Shown here piece after piece: positions 49,201 through 63,300 of a DNA stretch of 64,000 nucleotides. A program made the position numbers and the translations under genes. The notes beneath the pieces are model-generated. The model saw nothing but the letters and a program-made list of their open reading frames with translations, was not told the DNA's origin and did no database searches. How positions within the stretch are numbered: the stretch's first letter is position 1; each line of letters begins with the position of its first letter. The DNA is from Chiloscyllium plagiosum (taxonomy: Eukaryota): positions 11,741,901 to 11,805,900 of the forward strand of contig NC_057751.1 in assembly GCF_004010195.1 (NCBI RefSeq), given 5' to 3'.

Positions 49201-51791
49201 AAATCTTGGCGGCTAACAAAAAAAAAAATCCACCTTCTTTTAACTTCTTTGTCTGCTGCCACAGCACTTTTCCTGAATGTATAAACTTGTCCAACTTGGG
49301 TGATGTTAAATAAGTCAGCCTTTGAAGTAATATCTCCATGAATTTGGCTGAGTTATTGCAGATTTATAATATTTCACTTGATCAAGTTAAAGGAATCAGT
49401 TGCCGACTACCTTAACAGTTTAAGTGTAACAGGAGACTGAGGAAACCCTTAAACAAGGAGGGGAAGTTGATTTAACAGTTTCTCCAAAAGTTGAAAAGGA
49501 ATTTTGAATTTCTCTTAGGAATTTGTGGACTAGACTGATTTCCCACAGCAGTGAGGACAACAGAGTGTAAAAAAAAAAGTGAGCAGCTTGTCTCCAAAGT
49601 ACACTTATATCACATGTTCTCATCATGCTGAGCACAATTTTAAGTAAAATTTCAGTTGTTTTAATTTCCAAACTTAGTTCCACATCAGGTTAAGAATCAA
49701 ATAAGGCAGAATGCAAATTTTACAAATTTCACACCAGGTTTCAGCTGAACAGGTTAGTTTGGATCACAGTCTGAAATTGAATGGAATATTATTCTTGGAT
49801 TCAAATGTTGAATCCCAAGACATCACTGTGCAGTGCTGGTATACATTAGTGGGACTTGATATTAAATGTACTGGAACAGTAACAACTTTGGGTTTCGTTC
49901 ATTCTTAACTGTCACCGATTTAACCCTTTGAGAACTTATTTTTGCAGAGTACAACAAAACACAACAAGAACAAATCCTTCAACACTACCTTTGAGAAATG
50001 CGTCTTCACAGCTGACTCCTGTAAACATGGAGTCATGCAGTAGCTTACCTCATACCGCTTTCTCTATGCCAGTCTCTGCTGCCTTCAGTTCTTAAGTGTG
50101 CACAACTACTCAGCTAGTTGTGCTGCAAAACCACTGTTAACGTTTAAGCTGGACTGCAGAAGCAGCAAAGTTACACCAATTTCATTCAATTATTATTTTG
50201 CAAAAAAGCTCAAAAAGGCGATTGTGAAAACAAAGCTCCCGAATCAGTCCAAAGTTTGTGTTTTTGGCTTCTTGGCTTCATTTTCCAGTCTTGACTTATG
50301 ATTATTTTTGGAAAAGCTCCAAAGCTGAGTGTGACTCAACCCATAAAAATAAATAGTAACTTTCCTTTACTTGACTTTAGATATATAAAAGGAATCCAAT
50401 ATCTAAGTGTGAAAAAAGCAACAGGAAATATATTTCATAAACCAGCCTTTCAACCTTTCTGGATGGCAATAGAGAAGGAATATTTCTTTAATTTACAAAA
50501 GCTGTCTCATTCTCAAGCTGTTTGACAACCATCAGTTGAATCTTGTACTTTAACAAAATTATTTTTCCAGAAATTTTCTGCAATCTAAGTTCACATTGTT
50601 TTTTCCCCAAATCTGATTTCATTTCTATTTCTTGGTCTCGTTAGTTCCCTTACTCTCATTGATTATTCTTTCTGTTTAAGGAAATGTTCTGAAGCCTCTG
50701 CCACTACTTAACCACTGCTCGAAACTCAATGTTACAGAGACAGTCATAGAGTTTTTACAGCACGGAAAATGGCTCCTTGGCGCACTATCACCTGCCATCC
50801 AACTATGTGCAAAAGATGCTGCAAGTTAATTTATCCTTTAATTTTCTTTCAATGTTTGGTTATCATTAATGCCATCTCTTAATAGCTGTTGAAAAACTAG
50901 ACCTTCAAGGTTTGTGAAGAATTATGAGCACAGACCCATATTTTGAGATGCAATATTGAATGAATGCTGCAAATACAAATACAAAGACAATACAAATGCT
51001 CCAAACATCATTATTAAAAATGGAAAGAAACAGCAGAATGGAAAGAATGTTTTCAAGTTTAGGAAGAAAGTGTGTGCACCTCTGTCTTTCTGATGCAGAT
51101 ATATTTCAGCAATAAGTTGTTTAGGTTGCGCTCAAGAACTTCGTGAGGTGCTTGATAATCACACTCGTTACTAACAAACTTTTAAAAGTGAACAACAATT
51201 CTTTGCTCCACTTCATCCTCTAGCTGTTTTGTTACAAATTGTCTTGCTCTTTTAACGGGAAGCAAATTAAATAAGCCAAACCAAAGTAATGTTAAAACCA
51301 GGTGAAAGGGAGCTAGCCCTTAAAGGACACAGTAACAGAAATCATGGATACAAATTCAAATTAACAAAATGCATGTTGTTTTAAAAATTAACAATGCACT
51401 TGAGCCGTTTCAGCATTCAATGGCAACAGAAGGTCTGAGTGTGCCTGTGGACACTGCATGCTCTCTCTCAAAGATTGCTAGGCCACAGACATAACTACAA
51501 TGGGGGGGACAGGCAGGGAATCCCAGTGACCCATTCAGTTGCCCATTGCCTGGACCTGTTTATGGAACCTTGGCCAGGCCCAGGATCTGACTCAATGGGA
51601 GTTCCTCTGATCTGCTCAACCTGCTGTGCACTGGGTAGCCAAAGATTAGGAGCTTGGGGCTGAAGTACAAACAGAACTTGAGGATCAGGTCCTTAGAAAG
51701 TGAGAAAAGGACTACAAATGACCATACCCAGTGAAACAATTGTCTATGTTATCATTCTTTTTAACTAAATGAAAAAATTTGCTTAGAGTAG

Positions 51792-51891
51792 GTCACCAGC
51801 ACCCAGACAGCATGCGGTTCAAGTTTAACTTTATCGCAGACGTGGTGGAGAAAATTGCTCCAGCTGTGGTTCATCTTGAACTTTTTCGAAG
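51792..51891 (+). CDS. HTRA4: HtrA serine peptidase exon 2
   Basis: TAG acceptor and GTAAGA donor. 100 nt. [32 protein letters not shown]. Confidence 0.92.
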
Positions 51892-52142
51892 GTAAGAGAC
51901 TATTACTTTAAGAGTACAGTTCAGCGTGGCAAGATGATCATTTATGGACAATTACAGTTTTTACAAATAAACTACATTGGCACACATCAGGAAATGGGAT
52001 CCATGTACTTTGGTTTGGCAGGGAAATGGACAGAAATTTTCTGAATGATATCTTGTAAAGAAATGTAAGCTTTCTTTTGCCAAAGAGACAAATGCATCTT
52101 ACCTCAACATCCAGGGTAGCTGTGGAATAATAAGCAACAAGT

Positions 52143-52466
52143 GGGGCGGCACAGTGGGTCAGTGGTTAGCACTGTGGCTTCACAGCACCAGGGACTCGGG
52201 CTCGATTCCAGCCTTGGACAACTGTCTGTGTGGAGTTTACACGTTCTCCGCATATCTGCGTGGGTTTCCTCCGGGTGCTCTGGTTTCTTCCCACAATCCA
52301 AAGATGTGCACATTAGGTGAATTGGCCGTGCTAAATTGCCTATTGTGTTCAGGGATGTGTAGGCTGGGGGAAGTGTAGAGGAATGGGTTTGGGTGGGATA
52401 CTCTTCAGAGGGCCGGTGTCGACTTATAGGGCAGAAGGACCCATTTCCACACAGTAATGATTCTAT
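52143..52466 (+). mobile_element. HE1-like SINE
   Basis: GGGGCGGCACAGTGG head, conserved body and tail. Confidence 0.88.
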
Positions 52467-54311
52467 GAAAAAGTGCCATGTGTCCTTGGTAGGTCAAACA
52501 TTAGTCAATCCTCATGAGAAATTGTGACTTCAAATTTCAAAAAACACCTTTTGCGTATTGTAGAACTCTGAGCATTCCACTAATTGTGCAGCAGATGTGG
52601 ACAAGACCTGGTGGTGTGGGATTAGATTACTGGAATTGTGACACAAACTTGATTGGCTTGTTCTGCAATCATTTCTGTAGCTCTACATAAATGGCTGCGA
52701 ATGAGTGTTCAGATTTATTCATGTCCGTTTTTCTTAACAGTAAAATTTCTCCTGAGCCGGAACAGGGTGACCAGTTCTAGCCTAGTTATTGCAATTTGCA
52801 CCTTCCAATGTGTCAGAGTCTCAACCATGCGTAACTAAATCACTGCACCCAGGAAAGAGAAATTTCCTACAATGGAATTTGTATCTTCTGAACTGTCCCA
52901 CAGTCAAGAATTTTATCTGGGCCAGCATTCATTGTTCATAGTATCAGTTCAAAAACTGATGTATTTTACAAGCTCATAACAATTATGCATAAACTAAGTC
53001 ATTAGAGATCATGGCACAATTCAAGAGGGCAGAGAACCCATTTAAGAGGAATATTCACCAGGTACAATCTAGTCAGCTCTGCAGAATTTCATGTACTTTC
53101 GAGGATTAAAAGATTAAAAGAGGAGAAAAATAGAATACTTTTAAAAGGCCTTTGTTTTGTTTAATTTGAACAATTAAATATATTAGTTATAATAAGTAGC
53201 TCCTTTAAAATGGTTTGACCTTTAGGTATAGTGTTTATCCGCTCAAGGATAATGAGGATAGGCAATGAATATTAGATTGCTAGTGGTGTCTGTATTCGAG
53301 GAAACATATTATATAAGTGGAGATTTTGTATAAAAAGTACTTGACTGGATTGCATGGTTGGAGGTCATATTCTTCAAAGAATGTTGATTGGAGATTAAAT
53401 GATGAGAGTTCCAGAGTCAAGTACAATATTTAAAATGATAAGTATTTCCAGGACAGAACTTGAAATAACTATTAGTTCACCTTCTTCCATGATTCACAAT
53501 GATACATATCATGCAAGCAAAACTTATAATGATGGAACAAATTATCCAAATACACTTGAAGTGATCAATTTAGCTGTACACAGACAGTAGGTTTTTGGTT
53601 CTTATATCTTTTGAGACCATCACATAACTTAATAAATGTGCTCCTTCATAAATTTATTTTGCCCAAACTAAAGGCACAAATGAAAAAATAAGGTCCTACT
53701 GTAATTGTCCCAGAATCCTTTGAAAATATTCCATCTGCATAAATGGTCACATTCTTTAGTTCAAAGTTGCTTCTCTCAACCAAAATGCCTTGACTGTTCT
53801 TGAATCTTTCCAGAACTGGTTCTCTAAACAGCCTGTTTTTTCTATACTTACGGCCATGTTAATTACTCAACAAAAGTCATAATATTCAAACATTTGCAAG
53901 CGATGATAAACTACATTTTTTGCAGTGATACACCTGCTACCTTTCTTATCTACAAAAGCCTGTTGCTCCAAGACACACAGAATTTTAATTATTAACATTT
54001 AACTCTCCAGGATATCCAAAGTGTGAAAGTTGGCCATTTTGTTCATTCCTCACCAGCTTTCTGAACAGCTTTCCAGGTGGTCTCATTCATTTTTCCCATA
54101 GTCTTTTAAATTGTACTTTTTCATGAATCAAACATCACGAAAAGAAATTAAGATTTTCACATAAGAATAAGCTCTGATGAAAAAAATTGTATATAACCAA
54201 GAACAAGTAATATTTGAGACCGTAAGTTAATTTGGAGTACATTGACCATACTGTAAAACAGTTCCATACTTTGCCAATGGTATTCTGTTATTATTACTTG
54301 TTACCATGCAG

Positions 54312-54516
54312 GATGCCCTTCAGTAGCCGTGAAATCTCTGTGGCAAGTGGCTCAGGGTTTATCGTTTCAGAAGATGGTCTAATTGTCACCAATGCACATG
54401 TACTCAGCAATAAACAGAAAATAAAAGTGGAATTGAAGAATGGAGAAGCTTATGAAGCAAAGGTCAAAGATATTGATCAAAAGTCAGATATAGCATTAAT
54501 TAAAATACACCCAAAA
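54312..54516 (+). CDS. HTRA4: HtrA serine peptidase exon 3 (catalytic His and Asp)
   Basis: CAG/GTAAGT. 205 nt. [21 protein letters not shown]...KSDIALIKI. Confidence 0.94.
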
Positions 54517-55338
54517 GTAAGTTCTTAAGTTATGATCTTCCACACCCACCCCTCTTCCCCACCTCCTGGTAATCGTATGCAATGTTTTTAATGCCTTAGG
54601 TTTTTGCAAAGAATTTGCTCTGCAAATACCCTTTTCGCTTCAAAGACGAGAATGTTGACCAATTTGCCTTTCAGTTGGGCATCAAGTCCAGTCTTTGCAA
54701 ATGTAAAATATGCGAACCAACTTGGAGGCAGTTGAGTCACAACGAGTTGGAAAACTGTCTTTGCACAATTGAGACTTTGGATTCAAATCCAGACTAAACC
54801 ACAGAGATGATGGTTTCTTTCTTTCTTTGATTTCAATATGCAGGTTAAAAAAATTCACAAATTAAGACAATTATGGTGAAAACTATGCAGGTTTTGGACA
54901 GTGTTTTCAGGGAAAAACTGCTTCCACTGGCAAAAGGGTCAGTCGTCATAGAAACAGACTTAATCTAATTGGCAAAAGAACAAGAGGGGAAATGAATATT
55001 TTTTGAATAGTGAGTTGTTATGATCCATAATGGTGATAGACACAGACTGAGTGCTGACTTTCAAAAGGGAATTTGATATTTACTTGAAAAGAGAATTTAG
55101 CAGAGCTATGGGGCAACTGCAAGGGGGTGGAGATTAATTTAGTTGCTGTTTGAAAGATTTGGTAGAGGATTGATAAACTCAGCAACCTCCTGTGTTTTAA
55201 GATTCTATCAATGTCCGATTGGTAGTTAATTTGATGATATCAGCTCTCTTTTATATAAAATTGCATTTCTATTTGACTCTTACCGCTTATGAAATCAGAA
55301 ATGTGAGCATTAATTCCATTTTTTCCCTCTCTGAATAG

Positions 55339-55563
<225 letters not shown>

Positions 55564-55965
55564 TAAGAATCAATATTCACGGCTAGTCGTAAGATTGTTA
55601 AATTCTGACAAGGTGGAATGCTGAGCTTTTTCTGAAGTAATAATTTCTTTGAATCCAATTGACTCTTTGTCCAATGGACCTTGCCTGACAAATAGTTTAC
55701 TCAATGTGTCAGCAATTAATCTTTTAAAAATAATATCCTTCATGATTGTGTTCCAACAAAATCAACAAAGGACCTGGACAACAGAAGAAGAACCTACAAT
55801 TGTGCCACAGTCAGTCGATAGATTGCAAGGTGCAACGAAGGTGAAATGATCTGTACAGTTGATTACTGAGAGAAACATGTTTCGTGCACACTGCAGAATC
55901 TTATTTATTAATGAAATACTAATTTTCAAATGAATAAATTAAGATCCAGTTACGTTTGTCTCAAA

Positions 55966-55994
55966 CCAAACAGACAAACAAACAAACAAACAAC
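55966..55994. repeat. (CAAA)n microsatellite
   Basis: Imperfect CAAA repeats. Confidence 0.8.
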
Positions 55995-57047
55995 ATGCCT
56001 TTAGCATGTTTTCTCTTGCCACTTCACAGAAGTGCTTTCAAATAAAATTTGGCATTGAGTCATCTAAGAAATCTTAATTCAAGTGATCAAAAGCTTGGTT
56101 GAAAAGATAGATTTTCAAGAATATCAAGGAGGCAAGAGAGGTGAAGGAAGGGAATAGAGAGGGGATTCCAGAGCTTATCATGCAGACAGCTGAAGGCATG
56201 ACCATGAATAGAGAAGTGATAAAAACTGGTGACATTGAAGAGGCAGGAGATGTTAGAATGCAGATTTCTCAGAGGATTGTGGAGCTGAAAATAATTACAA
56301 AGATAGGTAGAAAGGGGCCGTGGGAAGATTTGAAAATAAGGATGAGTATTTGTTTACCAAGGCATTTTTGAACTGATTAGCTGATAAATACAGAAGTGAT
56401 GTGTGAAGGGGGATTTGGTGTGAGCTAGAATATTGGCAGGAGTGTTTTGGATGATCTCAAGTTTATGGAAGAATACTGCCTGGCCAGGAAATACCATTTG
56501 TTTTCAAAAATGGCATTGTTAGAAAAGTAGAACCAAATGAATTCAAGGTGGGGAAATTGTGCAAGCTTTCTGACAAGCTCAATCATTTTGCAAGGGTTGT
56601 TCATCTTGCCCTGAACTGCAAAAGAAGATAAAGCGTGTTATTGGAAAGCTCATCAAACAATGTAGTAATTTTAAAATTATCTTAACTAGGTTGCCTTGCA
56701 AAAATGGCAAATTATAGCCTGGTGGCCTGCACAGACAGTAGCTTAGTTATTTTCATGTACTACTCTAAGATATTATTCTGGAGCTTTCATTCAGTATGTG
56801 TTATTAGCTCTGTCGAATATTGTCATTTCTTGCAAATATTACAGACTTTGAGAAAGACTGTGCATCATCCAATGTACAGGCAGACAGGAGTGCTTTTTTC
56901 AGTATTCAACATTACAATTTTAAAATCCGTGCACTAAAGTTCTAAATTTAAAAATGCTTAAATCAAAGATGTCTCATGAGTTGACTTTGGATAAAGAATT
57001 AATAATTTAAAATCATGCCTTGTGAACATGTTTCATCTTTATTACAG

Positions 57048-57080
57048 TATGGAAACTCCGGAGGACCACTTGTCAATCTG
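57048..57080 (+). CDS. HTRA4: HtrA serine peptidase exon 5 (catalytic Ser)
   Basis: TTACAG/GTGAGC. 33 nt. YGNSGGPLVNL. Confidence 0.93.
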
Positions 57081-59629
57081 GTGAGCTCCAATTTAACATA
57101 TATTTTTAAATTGATAGTTTGTACAAAAGACTCTTTTGTTTAAGGTTTTCAACTCTTGAACAGCTCATAATAATTTGGAGTCTGCTCAGGAATACAGGGA
57201 CAGTAAGATTGGAGGATTTATTTCTTGAAGAAATTTAGATGGTTAGAAATTTGGACAAAGTATCCACAAGAACTTGGTCACTAATTAACGTTTGGTGAAA
57301 AAGAAATGCTTACAATATTATGTTGTCAATGTTTGACACTGACACCATGAAGCTTCAAAATAATTTTCTCATTTGTAATGGAACTGAGGGAGTACTTTAC
57401 AACATGTGGAGTTAAATTAAAATGCACAGTAAGCTTTATTTTAATGAGAACTGATCTGTCTTTGGATGAGTGGAATGTTAACTTGAATTTTCTGCTTCGA
57501 TATGGTGCGCGTGGCCCCAATTATCTCCATTAATTCTCTTGGAGCCAGACATGTTGAAGTAGACCAGCTGCTAGACTTGTGGTAAAAAAATATTTTGTTC
57601 AGGCAAGGGACTGCTGAGAGTAAATAGGTGAAAATCACATTAGGACAGAACACATTCAGATTTGGAGCTATCAGTGTCATTTGGACGTGTTTCATTTTAG
57701 AGAGATTTGTATATAAAATATGGTACTGATATTCGTGTTTTTAAGCTCGGGGACTGCAAGATGAATGGTGCCCTGTCGGCACAATAGTAGTTCATTCAGT
57801 CCTTTAAGCCTGTGCTGTCATTCAGTAAGATCTTCTATCTCAACACATCATCCACATGACCTCTCTTTCCCTTAGTATCCAAAACGCTATCGATCTCTGT
57901 CAGAATTAGGACCCACGAAGGCAGTACGTGAAGGCCCAATAACTCTGGTGGCTGTGGCGGGGGGGCAACTGTACTTGGCGCAGAGGGTGAGGCCTGTTCT
58001 GTTCAAGTCTAGGGGACAGGACACTGTTATGCTTAGGTTAGCACTGGAGTGTGGAATGGTTGGAGGTGGAGCAGTGATCAGGGCCATTGCACTCAGGTCA
58101 GGGGAGGGGTCGCTGTGCTCACTTTGGAGAGGGAATGGCTGCTATGTTCACGTTGATGGTGGGCTGGGGGCCAGAAGTAAATCCTGGTACCTGAGGTTTC
58201 AGTCTCTCGTCCTGATCAGGACTGGACATTTGCAGCTGTTTGGGAATTCCGTAAATTCAAAATCCTGTGGTATCAAGAAATTTTCATCACCTGAGTCTAA
58301 GATGGTTGATCCCTGTTTTTGTAATGGTGATTCCCAAGGTTTACATTTAACAGAAAACCTTTTTCCATCATTTATTCTCAAGCATGCATTCCAATATAAC
58401 TATGCAACCAATCCAACAACTATGATCTCATCTTGTTTCTTAAATACTGAGTACCATTCTTTCTGAGTTTCTCCTTATAAGTCACTCCCAGAACTAAAGA
58501 AATATTGAACTACAGAAACCTGAATTCATTTGAAGTCCTTGCAGTTAGCCTGGCTAAATCAAGGCACCAACGAGAGGGCCATGTGTGTTTGATGTGCACT
58601 CTAGGCTGGGAGCTGTGTCACTTTATGTAAAACATCAGCAGTAATTTGCTGATTTCCCAGTTGTGTGAAACTTGCTCACGAATCATTTCTTATTTAATTT
58701 TTTGAAATTTAGGCCTGATTGTGTGCGAGTGAAAATGTGTAGTGTGTGACAGGTGAGCTCCCAATAGCAAAAGTAACTGACAGCCCCTCCAGCAATTGGC
58801 TTTTCCTTTGGAATTTTGTCAGTTATGGCATTAAATTATCCAGTAACTCTACTTGTGCCCTGATCTTTTGTGAGGACGTTATTGGATTTGGGCTGTAATG
58901 TTCCCAACAGATGATCCTCCATTATTTGCTTGCCAGCTTGATGAGGTAATTGCAATTGTGGCATTGGATCCTGAAATGAATCCTCCCCTTTCAAAAGAGG
59001 AGATCTGTTAAAACAGAACTCCAATTTAAACAGGTGGGAAAGTAGCAGTTGTTTGTCTCATTGAAGTACGAACTTTCCCATGGGAGGAAGAGTCATGCAG
59101 GCAGCTATTACTCACTTCCTGCTCTCCAAATTAAAAGGATTACTTTTGGAACTTCTGTTTTGCAAAGGTGCACATGGGTATGGAGTTTTTTTAAGCCTGC
59201 TCAAGTATCAGTGGCCCACGTCCAACCAAGCCAACTGTCAACATTTGATTACTTCTTGGAAGTGCAATGAGTTTCCAAAGATTAAGTTGGTATATAACCC
59301 ATAGGCTAAATGATGGAATCTGCTGTTATCCACATTGATAGTGAAAGCAGATGCTTATAAAATGACGAGACTGTTCAGCACTCGCCAAGAACTCTAAGTA
59401 CCAAGAGCAAGATTGTCAGGTAGTCACATGAGAGCCACAACTCAGAATGTTTAGTTGCGAAACAGTGACTGCTGGTAGTGGCTTATTCTGTTAATTATTT
59501 TTGACTTTCCTTCTCAATTCCAAAAAAAATTATTCATGAAAAAAAGTTTAACTCTCCTGAAAATTCTCTTTATTCACAAGTCAACCTACAGGTTTTGTCA
59601 CAATTCACAACTTCCTATGATGTTTCAAC

Positions 59630-60010
59630 AAAAGGAGTTGCATTTATATTCTGCCATTATCAACCTCAAGACATCTGAAGTATTTCATAGCCAATGAAGT
59701 CACTATTGCAATTTAAGGAACAAGGCAGCCAATTTGTGCACAGCAAGATCTATGATATAATCAGCTATATAAGGACGAGATGTAATGTTTCAGTGACGTT
59801 GGTCAAGGACAAACGTGAGTGGAAAGTGTCCTGAATTTCTTTGAAATTGTGGCCATGGATCTTTTATGTGCGAGAGCGCGTAAGAGGCCTGTGCTTCATA
59901 TTATCAAAATACAGCACCTCGGACACCAGAGTTCTTCCTCAGCATTGGACAATAAGTGTCAGCTTTGCTTTGGTGCACTAGTCTTTGAAATAGGATTTAA
60001 ACACAAAATC
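59630..60010 (-). mobile_element. Deu-domain SINE
   Basis: TTGCATTTATA...GCAGCCAATTTGTGCACAGCAAGATC...CCATGGATCTTTTA (reverse Deu core). Confidence 0.6.
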
Positions 60011-60061
60011 CTTTTTCCTGCAGGAGCTGGGGAATGTAGTTTGGGAGCAGTGTTTGAAGGT

Positions 60062-60302
60062 CACAGAGTCATAGATTCATAGAGATGTACAGCATGGAAA
60101 CAGACCCTTCGGTCCAACCCGTCCATGCCGACCAGATATCCCAAACCAATCTAGTCCCACCTGCCAAACCACTGCCAAACTCTTTCTATTCATATACCCA
60201 TCCAAATGCCTCTTAAATGTTGCAATTGAACCAGCCTCCACCACTTCCTCTGGCAGCTCATTCCGTACAGGTACCATCCTCTGTGTGAAAAAGTTGCCCC
60301 TC
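60062..60302 (-). mobile_element. CR1 3' end
   Basis: RGNFFTQRMVPVRNELPEEVVEAG..FKRHLDGYM. Confidence 0.85.
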
Positions 60303-60309
60303 AATCCAC

Positions 60310-63300
60310 ATTCGATATGTGGGAGGCTTTTAAAGAGAGGTTGATTAGAGTTCAGGAGAGGTATGTTCCTGTGAAAATGAGGGATTGAAATGGCAAGGTT
60401 AGGGAACCATAGATGACAGGTGAAATTGTGAGACGAGTTAAGAGGAAAAAGGATGCGTACATGAGGTCTACGCTACTCAAGACAGACAAAGTTTTGGAAG
60501 AATACCAGGAATGTAGGACAAATCTGCAATGAGGAATTAAGAAGGCTAAAAGGGGTCATGAGATATCTTCAGCAAACAGGGTAAATGAAAATCCTAAAGC
60601 GCTTTTTTTCATATATAAGGAGCAAGAGGATAACTAGAGAAAGGGGTGGCCCACTCAAGGACAAAGAAGGAAGTTATGCATGGAGTCAGAGAAAATGGGT
60701 GAGATTCTTAATGAGTACTTTGCATTGGTATTCACTGAGAAGAGGGACATGACAGATGTTCAGGTTAGAGATAGATCTTCGGGTACTCTAAGTCAAGTCG
60801 GCATAAGAAGGGAGGAAATTTTGGGTATTCTAAAAGGTATTAAGGAAGACAGGTCCCAGGTCCAGATGGGATCTACCCCAGGTTACTGAGGGAGGCAAGA
60901 GGGGAAATAGTTGGGGCTTTAACAGATATTTTTGCAGCATCCTTGAACATGGGTGAAGCCCCGGAGAACTGGAGAATTGCGAATGTTGTCCGTTTGTTTA
61001 AGAAGGGTAGCAAGGATATTTCAGGTAATTATAGACCAGTGAGCCTGACGTCAGTGGTAGGGAAGCTGCTGGAGAAGATACTGAGATATAGGATCTATTC
61101 TCATTTGGAAGAAAATGGGCTCATCAGTAATGGGTAGCATGGTTTTGTGCGGGGGTCATGTCTTACAAACCTAATAGAATTCTTTGAGGACGTGTCACAA
61201 GTTGATTGATGGGAGAAAGGCTGAAGATGTCATATACATGGACTTTACTAAGGTGTTTGATAAGAGGTGTTTGATAAGGTTCCTGGTAGTAGGCTGAAGT
61301 AGGCTGATAGAAAACTGGCTGGGCAACAGGAAACAGACAGTAGTAGTGGAAAGGAGTTTCTCAAATTGGAGACCTGTGACCAGTGGTGTTCCACAGGGAA
61401 CTGTGCTGGGAACACTGTTGTTTATGATGTGTATATAAAAGATTTGGAGGAAGGTATTGGTTGCCTGATTAGCAAGTATGCAGATGACACCAAGATTGGT
61501 AGAGTAGCAGATAGTGAAGGGGACTGTCAGAGAATACAGCAGAATATAAATAGATTGACAATAGACAGTAGACAATAGGTGCAGGAGTAGGCCATTCTGC
61601 CCTTCGAGCCAGCACCACCATTCATTATGATCATGGCTGATCATCCTCAATCAGTATCCTGTTCCTGCCTTATCCCCATAATTCTTGATTCCACTATCCT
61701 TAAGAGCTCTATCCAATTCTTTCTTGAAAGTATCCAGAGACTTGGCCTCCACAGCCTTCTGGGGCAGAGCATTCCATGCACCCACCACTCTCTGGGTGAA
61801 GTTTCTCCTCAACTCTGTTCTAAGTGGCCTACCCTTTATTTTTAAACTGTGTCTTCTGGTTTGGGACGCACCCTTCAGCGGAAACATGCATCCTGCCTCC
61901 AGAGTGTCCAATCCTTTAATAATCTTGTACTTCTCAATCAGATCCCCTCTCAGCCTTCTAAACTCAAGCATATACAAGCCCAGTCCCTCCAATATTTCAG
62001 CGTAAGATAGTCCCGCCATTCTGGGAATTAACCTCGTGAACCTACGCTGCACTCCCTCAATAGCCAGAATGTCTTTCCTCAAATTTGGAGACCAAAACTG
62101 CGCAAAGGTGCGGTCTCACCAGGGCCCTGTACAGCTGCAGAAGGACCTCTTTGCTTCTATACTCAATTCCGCTTGTTATGAAGGCCAGCATTCTATTAGC
62201 TTTCTTCACTGCTTGCGGTACCTGCATGCTTGCTTTCTTTGACTGATGTACAAGAATATCTAGATCTCGTTGTACTGCCCCTTTACCTAACTTGACTCCA
62301 TTTAGGTAGTAATCTGCCTTCCTATTCATGCCACACATTTATTCATATTAAACTGCATTTGCCATGCATCCGTTCACTCACCTAACCTGTCCAGGTCACC
62401 CTGTATTCTCCTAACATCCTCCTGACATTTCACCCTGCCACCCAGCTTTGTGTCATCAGCAAATTTACTAATATTACTTTTAATACCTTCATCTATATCG
62501 TTAATGTACATTGTAAAAAGCTGCGGTCCCAGCACTGATCCCTGCGGCACACCACTGGTCACTGCCTGCCATTCCGAAAGGGAGCCGTTTATCACTACTC
62601 TGTTTCCTGTCAGCCAACTAATTTTCAATCCATGTCAGTATTTTGCCCCTAATATTGCTCACTAAACTCCTATGTGGGACTTTATCAAAGACTTTCTGAA
62701 AGTCCAGGTATACTACATCCACTGGATCTCCCTTGTCCATCTTCAGTTACATCCTTTAAAAATTACAGAAGATCAGTCAAGCATGATTTCCCCTTCATAA
62801 ATCCATGCTGACTCTGACCTATCCTGTTACTGCTATCCAGATGTGTTGTAATTTTGTCCTTTATAATTGACTCCAGCATTTTTCCCACCACTGAGGTCAG
62901 ACTAACTGGTCTATAATTCTGTTTTCTTTCTCCCTCCTTTCTTAAAAAGTGGGACAACATTAGCCACCCTCCAATCCGCAGGAACTGATCCTGAATCTAT
63001 AGAACATTGGAAAATGATCACCAATGCATCCACAATTTCTAGAGCCACCTCCTTCAGTACCCTGGGATGCAGACCATCAGGTCCCGGGGACTTATCAGCC
63101 TTCAGTCCAAACAGTCTCTCCAACACCATTTCCTGCCTAATATAAATTCCCTTAAGGTCCTTCAGCCACCATTACATCTGGGAGATTGCTCGTGTCTTCA
63201 CCAGTGAAGACATATCTAAAGTACCAATTCAACTCTTCTGTCATTTCTTTGTTCCCCGTAATAAATTCACCCATTTCTGTCTTCAAGGGCCCAATTTTAG

